This document shows, piece after piece, positions 20,318-27,998 of a DNA stretch of 64,000 nt (positions within the stretch are counted from its first letter, which is position 1; each line of letters begins with the position of its first letter). The notes beneath the pieces were generated by a model. The model was given only the letters and a program-made list of their open reading frames with translations. It searched no databases and was not told the origin of the DNA. A program made the position numbers and the translations under genes. The stretch lies in NCBI GenBank assembly GCA_020696385.1, contig JAEHCQ010000008.1:1-64000 (forward strand), written 5' to 3'. This DNA comes from Methanobacteriota archaeon (GTDB lineage: Archaea > Thermoplasmatota > Thermoplasmata > SG8-5 > JAGLSY01).

Positions 20318-21358
20318 CTCATAGTAACGGGTTGGGTCGGTCTTGCTCTTTGCCACTTCCCTGGCCAGCCCCGCATCCACAAGGATCGCAAAATCACGTT
20401 GCACGGTTCTTCTGACAATATCCAATTCTTGTCTGATATCATCAACAGATGCTTTCTGATTTTCTAAAAGGTACATCAGGATCATTTCCTGGCGTTCATT
20501 TAATCGAGCCTTCTTCGCCTTCTCTATAATAATTTCTTTTTTGATGGTTGCTTCGCCCCTGTTTTTGACGTCAAGCATCTGAACCTTCAATCCATCAATG
20601 AAATATTCAAGCCACGGAGTCAGATCCATGTCTTCTTGTCTTACAGATTGTATTGCGCGATAATAACCTGGCCTACTTGTATCATATAATTCAGAGAGGG
20701 AAAATAACCTCTTGAAATCATAGCCCTTCGAGTAAAGGATCAATGTGCAAAGTACCCTGGCAGTTCTGCCGTTCCCATCTATAAATGGATGGATGTCAAC
20801 GAACTTGTGCTGGGCAATACCAGCAACCAGGACATGGGGAACATCACCCACATTATTGAGCCATTCGACAAATTCCTTCATGAGACCAGGAACGTTCTCT
20901 GGGTCTGGTGGAGTGTAAATTATCTCCCGTGTAGCAGTGTTAACTACATAATTCTGTACTTTTCTGTATTGCCCCGGCTCAAGTGTTCCTCCTCTGACAT
21001 CCTTTACAAGAATATGGTGGACGTTCTTTATCAGACCCTCGGTTATTTCGGTTTTCTTATCCAAATAATCGGATACAAAATCCATAGCCTCTTTATAATT
21101 CAAAAGTTCCTGAAGGTCATCTGGTCGCACATTATCAACATGCTCTCCGGTTAGTATTAATTGAGCCTGGTCCAATGTCAATTCTGTGCCCTCTATGTGT
21201 GTTGAATGATGGGCTTCAAGGATAAGAGCCTCGCTCTGCATCTGGATTATCCAATCATCATTCAATTTGGCGGCATCAAGGAATCCTCTGGCTCGCTCTA
21301 TTTCAAGAAGGGCATTATTAATCTTATTGCTGATTGTGAATTTCGGCTTGAATACCAT
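20309..21358 (-). CDS. Fic-family protein with C-terminal HTH
   Basis: HPFIDGNGRTAR Fic motif; STHIEG inhibitory motif; C-terminal RRTVQRD HTH. Confidence 0.93.
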   Translation of the reverse strand: MVFKPKFTISNKINNALLEIERARGFLDAAKLNDDWIIQMQSEALILEAHHSTHIEGTELTLDQAQLILTGEHVDNVRPDDLQELLNYKEAMDFVSDYLDKKTEITEGLIKNVHHILVKDVRGGTLEPGQYRKVQNYVVNTATREIIYTPPDPENVPGLMKEFVEWLNNVGDVPHVLVAGIAQHKFVDIHPFIDGNGRTARVLCTLILYSKGYDFKRLFSLSELYDTSRPGYYRAIQSVRQEDMDLTPWLEYFIDGLKVQMLDVKNRGEATIKKEIIIEKAKKARLNERQEMILMYLLENQKASVDDIRQELDIVRRTVQRDFAILVDAGLAREVAKSKTDPTRYYELL

Positions 21359-21487
21359 ATTCTGTCCTCATAAGTATAACAGTTGTTTGCTCTTAAATTT
21401 TGGTATTTGAGTGTGACATATCAGCCCTCACCCAACAACCCCCCACAACCCGCTCCCCATCCCATCCCCCAACCCCATACCACACCT

Positions 21488-22255
21488 TCACCCCCCACTC
21501 ACCAGAAGCTGGATAGCCATGAACACCATCAATCCTATGAACAGATATCGGAGCTTATTCGGCTTAATGTGAGTGGCGACATAAGCTCCTGCAATGACTC
21601 CAACAGCCGCAGCCAGTCCCAGTATGATTCCAAGTTGGAAATCCACATAGCCTCCAGCTCCGTAAGTGGCCGTGGCCGCGATATTGGAGAGCGTGATGAT
21701 TATCTGTGAAGTTCCAATTCCAATAATCAAGGGCTGTTTGAAAACATAGACAATGACAAGGGTTATGACAATGCCCAGACCAGCTCCAACAATGCCGATG
21801 AGAACCCCACACACGAACCCCAGCCCGAGGCCCAGAAGGATTATTCTTCTATCGACCACGAAGTCCTGGATCGAGCCAGGCTTTTCCTCCTTAAACCGCT
21901 TGTCGAAGAACATGAAAGCTATCATGACCAGCATGTAGAGCGCGAATATCTTCCTCAATAATCCCTGGTCCAGAAGTATCGCCACACTGCTGCCCGCCCA
22001 TGCTCCCAGGATGGCGGGAATTCCCATGATGACGCCCAGCTTTCCTATTACCACTCCCGCTTTCTTGTAATTGTAGCAAGCTGATGCCGAGTCTATCAAG
22101 AATATCAGTCTGCCAGTCCCGAAGGCCATCAATGTCCCCATGCCACTCAGAACGAGCGCGGGTATCATGATGAAGCCGCCACCACCGCCTGTGGCATCCA
22201 GGAAGCCGGCAAAGAGCGCGATCGCGATTAACATGACCAGGGTGAAAGGATCCAC
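21488..22255 (-). CDS. TauE/SafE (sulfite exporter family) membrane protein
   Basis: GFLDATGGGGGFIMIP and second repeat GIVGAGLG...IGTS; about 8 TM. Confidence 0.85.
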   Translation of the reverse strand: MDPFTLVMLIAIALFAGFLDATGGGGGFIMIPALVLSGMGTLMAFGTGRLIFLIDSASACYNYKKAGVVIGKLGVIMGIPAILGAWAGSSVAILLDQGLLRKIFALYMLVMIAFMFFDKRFKEEKPGSIQDFVVDRRIILLGLGLGFVCGVLIGIVGAGLGIVITLVIVYVFKQPLIIGIGTSQIIITLSNIAATATYGAGGYVDFQLGIILGLAAAVGVIAGAYVATHIKPNKLRYLFIGLMVFMAIQLLVSGG

Positions 22256-22380
22256 GCGAGGTGGAGTTGTGTGGATGGATTTAAATCATATGGTTATTGG
22301 AACCAGGTCACCACTTGCCACGGATGAGGTGTCATTCAGGATCGAGAAGATCATGGAGATGAAATTCCAGAGTTAGCCAA

Positions 22381-23151
22381 TCATCCATCTCCCTCAAGCT
22401 CTTCAAGCTCCTCCACATCCTCAATATAATCAAAACTCACCTCTTCCTCCTCACCCACACCATCCTCCGGGCTCTGATCCGGGTCGAGAGCAGCCGCTGA
22501 CTTCATCAACAGCCTCGTGGTGAAGAATACCATGATCACGGTCCCGATGACCACCATCATTATCGCGGGCAACACCCATGCTGCTCCTTCCACCGAGTAG
22601 GTGGAATAATACCATGAACCTAGATTGTCATTATCATCCAGATAGGCGAGATCCTCACTCGGAGTGGAGACGCGCGCCCACATGGTGTACTCGCCTCTGA
22701 ATTCCGGCGTCCAGGTGATGCTCGCGGTCGCGGTCTCGTATGGCTGGACAACACTGGTACTCCATTGAGACATGTGGATATCCGTACCATCAGCCTCCTT
22801 GATGTAGAAGTCCACGATCACATTCACAGCCACATCCGGCCCATTATTGATGATGTCAACCGATATCGTGGTAAGCTGTCCCGCAGCGCCTGTCTCGGGA
22901 CTGAATGAAAAGGAGGCGGTCTCAAGAACCATGTTGGTTGTGAAATACGCCCTCGTGCCAGCTCCGTCATTCTCATAGGTACAAACTGGTTCCGTATTAG
23001 GTACCTGGACCATGATAAGAGAGAACAATGACACAATGCATATGATCAGCGTGATAGACTTCGTACTTCCACCTCGTATCCCAATCCCCGCACTGATATT
23101 TGATGTTTCTGATATCTCCGCAACCGCAACCCTTTTCAATGTAGCCCACAA
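22381..23151 (-). CDS. Membrane-anchored CARDB/Ig-like domain protein
   Basis: Hydrophobic N-terminal segment; VDIINNG...VDFY...WTP...GEYTM; C-terminal TM and acidic tail; start uncertain. Confidence 0.65.
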   Translation of the reverse strand: MWATLKRVAVAEISETSNISAGIGIRGGSTKSITLIICIVSLFSLIMVQVPNTEPVCTYENDGAGTRAYFTTNMVLETASFSFSPETGAAGQLTTISVDIINNGPDVAVNVIVDFYIKEADGTDIHMSQWSTSVVQPYETATASITWTPEFRGEYTMWARVSTPSEDLAYLDDNDNLGSWYYSTYSVEGAAWVLPAIMMVVIGTVIMVFFTTRLLMKSAAALDPDQSPEDGVGEEEEVSFDYIEDVEELEELEGDG

Positions 23152-23190
23152 TCCACTAATGACAATAATACAAACGATCGGGGAAGTGAA

Positions 23191-23454
23191 ATGGAAGGAA
23201 TTACACCACCACCAGCAACAATACCATGGCCAACATCAATGCCAATATCATCAACTCCACCAACAATCGATGATCTGATACTGGATTTGGAAATGACAAA
23301 ATTCAAAAGAAAATCCGAATGCTGGATATTATGGGGTATACTCACATTGGTCTTCAACTTCATATTCTCATTGATAATCATCGTCGGAGGCGTGCTCATG
23401 AATGAAGATCGTGAGGAACTGAAAAGACGGAGGGAACTGCTATGGAGAAGGTGA
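23191..23454 (+). CDS. Small membrane protein (paralog of next gene)
   Basis: DLILDLEMTKFKRK..W followed by a hydrophobic stretch. Confidence 0.55.
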   Translation: MEGITPPPATIPWPTSMPISSTPPTIDDLILDLEMTKFKRKSECWILWGILTLVFNFIFSLIIIVGGVLMNEDREELKRRRELLWRR

Positions 23455-23759
23455 ACTCGGCAAGTGACCTGACATTCGATCTAAACCTGCAAAAGTACAA
23501 AAGGAAATACCAGTGGTGGATGATAGTCGGGATCACTCTGTTCGGCTTCGGATTATTCATGACCGCCATAATCTTGTTTGATAGTTACTCGAACTTCACA
23601 TGGATAATAGTGATCTACTTACTGCCATTTATGATCACATCCACCCTGCTGATCATTGGAAGTCTCATCATGCGGCAGGATCATATTAAGTTTAAAAGAT
23701 TGAGGGGAACACTATATTCAGACCAGGGTCAGGGAAGTAGTGACTGGCTGCGCAGGTAA
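23442..23759 (+). CDS. Small 2-TM membrane protein
   Basis: DLTFDLNLQKYKRK..WW followed by two TM helices; overlaps the previous gene. Confidence 0.6.
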   Translation: MEKVNSASDLTFDLNLQKYKRKYQWWMIVGITLFGFGLFMTAIILFDSYSNFTWIIVIYLLPFMITSTLLIIGSLIMRQDHIKFKRLRGTLYSDQGQGSSDWLRR

Positions 23760-23769
23760 ATGAATAATA

Positions 23770-23809
23770 TTGAAAAATAAAGTTGATGGCCTGGCTTTCA
23801 CCAGGCCAT
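23770..23809 (-). terminator. GNRA-capped hairpin plus T-rich tail at convergent gene junction
   Basis: Minus strand ATGGCCTGG-T-GAAA-G-CCAGGCCAT then CAACTTTATTTTT. Confidence 0.6.
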
Positions 23810-23821
23810 ATTCCCAAGATA

Positions 23822-24397
23822 TTAGCACCCGTCCATCGAGAACTTCTTCCTGCCACTGCTGAACCACCATATTGCCCCCAAAGTCAGGGGTATGGCTGCC
23901 ACCAGGAGCACGACCATGATCACCCAAAGGCCAGTATCCACCACGTAGTCAAAGGACCATGTGGAGATGGGGGTGTCCCAATTGCCGTCCCAGTACACCT
24001 TCAGGATGAACAATACCTGGAAGATGAAGGAGAAAGCATTGCCGGCCTTGGAGGACTTGGAATCCCAATCGAAGATCCCCGCTATCCTGTATTCCTTTCT
24101 ATACTCCTTAGGAAGCTTCTTCCACCATAGGGCCCATGAGGCTATGCAGATCGCGGCCACAGGTATTCCAACAAGTAGAACTTCCCAGAACGCAAGGTGT
24201 ATGAGGAAGTCAAAGATATTGCCGACCGACCAACCACTGAGTGCTGCTGGGACATCTCCATTTGCCTGAGCTTCGTGAGCATACCAGAGGAAGACCGTGA
24301 CAGCTCCTGCGACCATGAGCAAGGCGGCCAGTATCCAGACGCTGACCATCTTCCAATGCCTTTTCATGAATTTCTTTCCTGTATTGTCACTTCCCAT
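23822..24397 (-). CDS. Hypothetical 4-TM membrane protein
   Basis: Trp-rich TM segments; GGAGGTG RBS before ATG 24397. Confidence 0.7.
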   Translation of the reverse strand: MGSDNTGKKFMKRHWKMVSVWILAALLMVAGAVTVFLWYAHEAQANGDVPAALSGWSVGNIFDFLIHLAFWEVLLVGIPVAAICIASWALWWKKLPKEYRKEYRIAGIFDWDSKSSKAGNAFSFIFQVLFILKVYWDGNWDTPISTWSFDYVVDTGLWVIMVVLLVAAIPLTLGAIWWFSSGRKKFSMDGC

Positions 24398-24398
24398 A

Positions 24399-24806
24399 TC
24401 AGGCACCTCCCTGGGCACGGGCCACATAATCCGTGTAATTCAAGAACATGCCAAGATCCTCGGATGCCTCATTATCATACTTGCTGTACGATACTGCACC
24501 GCCTATCAAAGCTATGGGCCAGCATATGATTGCTACCAACACACCTCCGATAAGTCCTAGATCAGTGGCTTTCGCCTGGACCTCGATATCCATGTAGGTG
24601 TTTCCCTCATGCTCGTGGACATTGACCGCGAATTTCCTTCTCAGTCCGATCTGGGAATCAAAGGTCTCGCCCTGTATCCTGTAAGGGGACATCCTCGAAA
24701 CACTGAAGCCCTGCTTGGACCAGTAGTCGCAAATGGGTGCATAAAGGCGATCAGCCTTTATGCCATTGTACATCCTGTATTCTTTCTTCTCGAACAAGTT
24801 CATCAC
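24399..24806 (-). CDS. Hypothetical membrane protein
   Basis: In operon, overlapping the upstream stop; one hydrophobic hairpin. Confidence 0.65.
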   Translation of the reverse strand: MMNLFEKKEYRMYNGIKADRLYAPICDYWSKQGFSVSRMSPYRIQGETFDSQIGLRRKFAVNVHEHEGNTYMDIEVQAKATDLGLIGGVLVAIICWPIALIGGAVSYSKYDNEASEDLGMFLNYTDYVARAQGGA

Positions 24807-25675
24807 CTCGGGGGGTATGGGTAGGCATATCCATTCTGCTGGTCATTGCCATTCTTCTTGAACTCGTCACGGGCCAGTAGGAGAATGATCAATGCAACTA
24901 TGGCCAATATGGTGCCGAGTCCGAACCCGAATGAGAATATTCCAAGTATGGCTCCGGTTATTGCCAGTGCGTACTTCTGTGTCTTGAGGGCATAATATCC
25001 GCCGATGATGGCGAATATCGCGCATATTGAGAAGATAAATCCAAAGAAAACAATGAGTGGGCCCATGCCTTCGATAGTGAAGTTGCCGTCCTCAGAGCCG
25101 TAGATATAGGTTCCGCTCCCTTCTGTCAAGGTGAAACTTAGTTCAGTATCATCGTAGATTAATGTTGTGGATCCCATGACCTCATTCGAGCTGGAGCTGT
25201 CCTCCATTATGAAGAGATGACGTTCTATTGTATTGTAGCCTTCCTTCTCAATAGTTATGATCTTTGCTCCGCCAGGTACACCCAGCAACTGATAATAGCC
25301 AGTTGAATTCGTCAATACGTAGAGATGTGTGTCCTGAACAGTGATCGTTGCATTCTCAATGGGCATATAGTCGGGCCCAGGTCCATTAACATATCCACTA
25401 ATGTCCACTTGACCTCCGACCATGTCCAGGTTCCCATCACCGATGATGAAGAAACCGCCAGCCATCATGATCACTCCCATGATCAGTCCCAGTATCCCGA
25501 CTACGATCAGTAGACCGCCAGCCGTCCTGGGCTTATCACTCTTCGTCCTCCTTGGAGGTGGAGGAGGATAATATTGGTAATTGTAGCCGTACGGGGGTTG
25601 CTGAGGCTGTGGAGGAGCCTGTGTATGGGTCTGCTCCTTTGCTTCATTCTCTGTATTTGTATTATTATTATCCAT
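24803..25675 (-). CDS. Membrane protein with carboxypeptidase-regulatory-like (prealbumin-fold) domain
   Basis: P/Q/Y-rich N-terminus, TM, PIENATITV...TNSTGYY.L.GVPGG...KEGY, C-terminal TMs. Confidence 0.72.
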   Translation of the reverse strand: MDNNNTNTENEAKEQTHTQAPPQPQQPPYGYNYQYYPPPPPRRTKSDKPRTAGGLLIVVGILGLIMGVIMMAGGFFIIGDGNLDMVGGQVDISGYVNGPGPDYMPIENATITVQDTHLYVLTNSTGYYQLLGVPGGAKIITIEKEGYNTIERHLFIMEDSSSSNEVMGSTTLIYDDTELSFTLTEGSGTYIYGSEDGNFTIEGMGPLIVFFGFIFSICAIFAIIGGYYALKTQKYALAITGAILGIFSFGFGLGTILAIVALIILLLARDEFKKNGNDQQNGYAYPYPPR

Positions 25676-25676
25676 T

Positions 25677-25829
25677 TTATATCACCCTTAACTTGTTGAT
25701 ATCTGCTGTGAAGCCCAGTACGGAGGACAGGTATTCCGCGCTGCCCCTGAACATCCTGGGATTCGGTATTTCGTTCGATCTGCTAGCTCCATTCCCGTTT
25801 TGGGTTATTTGATATTTGTCGTTCATCAT
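25677..25829 (-). CDS. Putative 50-aa protein heading the operon (not in ORF track)
   Basis: AGGTGA RBS; MMNDKYQITQNG...INKLRVI*; stop lies 1 nt before the next ATG. Confidence 0.45.
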   Translation of the reverse strand: MMNDKYQITQNGNGASRSNEIPNPRMFRGSAEYLSSVLGFTADINKLRVI

Positions 25830-25955
25830 TTGACTCACCTATGATGAAGAATGGAGCTAATCGATATATAAGCTAAAGAACAAGTTTGACTAAAAAGAGT
25901 TTCACAAGTTTCTTTCGATAAGTTTTAAATACAATGAAGGAGGAATTTGGTCTGA

Positions 25956-27167
25956 ATGAAGTCTGAAGGATTTCCCAAGCATTTCTCATTAAGGCACTGG
26001 GTAGAGGGACCTCTTGAGGGAATGATGGACCTATCCCGGGATGTGGAGGACTACAGATCACGATTACAGACCATACTCGCCCTGAGCACGATGGTCATGG
26101 CCTCCTTCTTCGTTCTTTTGTGTACTTTTATGATCATGGATGCGTGGAGTATAGTATCCGCCTTGCTCAATTCCACTCTGCCTTCTGATACGGATATGCT
26201 ATTGACATTGATAGCACTGGCCCTGCTTTTCATGGCCCTATCCTTCAGCACGGCCCTTCTGACCCTCCATGTGTGGAGGTATGTGAGGGTGATGCTCAAG
26301 AGGTTGGAGAATGTTGAGGAGCTCTTTGGCATGAGTGGGGATATTGAGCCAGAAATTGAAGTGGAAGAAACTGATGTGGAGGACAGTAAGAAAGGACCAC
26401 ACACGGGGCTCTTCAATCTCCTGGGAGCGTCGGAATCCTTCACCAAGGGCCTTGTCCAGAACATGCCGCAGGTTTCCAAGCAGATGAAGCTCGTCAGAAC
26501 AATGCTCTTCATCATGCCCCTGTACTATCTTAGCATGAGGTTCCTCCTTCCATTGATATTCATGGGCGAGGTAGAAGCCATCCCCTCCAATTCCATAGAC
26601 ATCATGCTGGACATACTGGCCATAGCATTATCATTGCTCGCGATCCTTGCCGGGCTTTTCATGATAGAAGCCCACAGGTTCATGGAGGTCCTCTATGCAA
26701 GGATGAGCTTCATGGAGAGCGTGAACAGCGCATCCATCCCCATGATACCAGAAGCGGTCTCTTCCAGGGAAAGTTTGGTGCAATATGTGAAGAACTCGGG
26801 CAAATGCTATGGGGGCATTAAAGCCAGTACTTCGGGTGATGGCATCATCCATCACACTTCAGATGAATGTGTCGTCCTGGCCATCGAGGCTTCCGAGCCC
26901 CTGACCGTGGACCTTGTGAAAAGGTTCCATGAGAGATCCAGGCAGGCAGTGAAGAAAGCATGCCCTGAGCCTTCCAAAGGGCGGTTCATGATCCTATACA
27001 CTGAGGAAAGTGGCTTGGCCGAGGATATTGGGGAAGATGTTTCCGACTACATACTGGCCAACCCTGTGATAATGGGTCGTGGCCCGGGCGGAGGCAGATC
27101 AGAGACAGTCATACAGTTGATCATTGAGGAGGAAGGAGCCTACGGACTGTTCCCCTTCGTGGAGTGA
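25956..27167 (+). CDS. Hypothetical 4-TM membrane protein with soluble C-terminal alpha/beta domain
   Basis: Two pairs of TM helices; coupled to the downstream wHTH gene by a GTGA overlap. Confidence 0.7.
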   Translation: MKSEGFPKHFSLRHWVEGPLEGMMDLSRDVEDYRSRLQTILALSTMVMASFFVLLCTFMIMDAWSIVSALLNSTLPSDTDMLLTLIALALLFMALSFSTALLTLHVWRYVRVMLKRLENVEELFGMSGDIEPEIEVEETDVEDSKKGPHTGLFNLLGASESFTKGLVQNMPQVSKQMKLVRTMLFIMPLYYLSMRFLLPLIFMGEVEAIPSNSIDIMLDILAIALSLLAILAGLFMIEAHRFMEVLYARMSFMESVNSASIPMIPEAVSSRESLVQYVKNSGKCYGGIKASTSGDGIIHHTSDECVVLAIEASEPLTVDLVKRFHERSRQAVKKACPEPSKGRFMILYTEESGLAEDIGEDVSDYILANPVIMGRGPGGGRSETVIQLIIEEEGAYGLFPFVE

Positions 27168-27571
27168 GTGTTATGACGGACGGGGACAAAAGAAGATACA
27201 AAAGCTGGGAACTCTACTCCTGCCTTGCCCTGAATCGACTCGCTGGCGAGCTTAACATCGATATTTATCAAAGCAATATATCCGAGGTACTGGACAAGAT
27301 ATTCGAAGATGGGGTGCCCAGTATTCCGAAGGTGGAGATATCCTTCGAGATCAAGTCAAACCATCAAATGACGAACAAGGTTCTCAAAAAACTTGAGGAT
27401 GATGGACTGGTGGCTCTGGAAAAGGATGATAGAAAATACAATATCTCCATCACGAAGGAAGGGGTGATGTATCTGAGAAGGTTCAATGCTTATTTCGTTC
27501 ACACTTACAATGACATCATCCAGGATCATTACAGATATCGGCAGGTCCCACGCTGGTTCGAGATAGAATGA
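27164..27571 (+). CDS. Winged-helix DNA-binding protein
   Basis: KVEISFEIKSNHQMTNKVLKKLEDDGLV...Y.ISITKEG pattern. Confidence 0.7.
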   Translation: MSVMTDGDKRRYKSWELYSCLALNRLAGELNIDIYQSNISEVLDKIFEDGVPSIPKVEISFEIKSNHQMTNKVLKKLEDDGLVALEKDDRKYNISITKEGVMYLRRFNAYFVHTYNDIIQDHYRYRQVPRWFEIE

Positions 27572-27611
27572 TAATAATGATAATAATGATAATAATATCA
27601 AAAAGTTAATG

Positions 27612-27653
27612 AAATCAAAAGGTAAAGTTGATGGCCCGGTTCACACCGGGCCA
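27612..27653 (-). terminator. GNRA-capped hairpin plus T-rich tail at convergent gene junction
   Basis: Minus strand TGGCCCGGT-GTGA-ACCGGGCCA then TCAACTTTACCTTTT. Confidence 0.6.
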
Positions 27654-27688
27654 CATTAATTGTTTTTTTAAGTTAAAGTAATTGAACA

Positions 27689-27826
27689 TCACTTTCTCTT
27701 GTTGAAACAGTCGCGGCAATATACTGGCCTGCCTTCTGTTGGTTTGAAAGGTACTTCTGTTTCCTGATTACACTCTGCGCATACGGCTTTGTGCATTTCG
27801 CGTGGTCCTCTGTCGTTGTATCCCAT
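27689..27826 (-). CDS. CxxC-x17-CxxC zinc-ribbon small protein (45 aa, not in ORF track)
   Basis: MGYNDRGPREMHKAVCAECNQETEVPFKPTEGRPVYCRDCFNKRK; GAGGTG RBS. Confidence 0.88.
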   Translation of the reverse strand: MGYNDRGPREMHKAVCAECNQETEVPFKPTEGRPVYCRDCFNKRK

Positions 27827-27998
27827 TGTCTTTACACCTCCCTGGATGTATAAATCACCAATCATGTGAAAACAGTTAACAAAGAAACCTTTACTAATCG
27901 CCCAATATGATGTATCTGATTGAATGGGAGTAGCTCAGGGAGTACATAATGGTTCCTACTGTTTTTATCATAATAAACCAAGAAATGACATTGATAGC

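Noticed and set aside
8735-21358. Integrated mobile element or provirus
   Set aside because: No integrase, transposase, terminal repeats, att-like duplication or viral structural genes were recognised.
27568-27597. (ATGATAATA)3 repeat after the wHTH stop
   Set aside because: Short low-complexity slippage repeat with no evident function.
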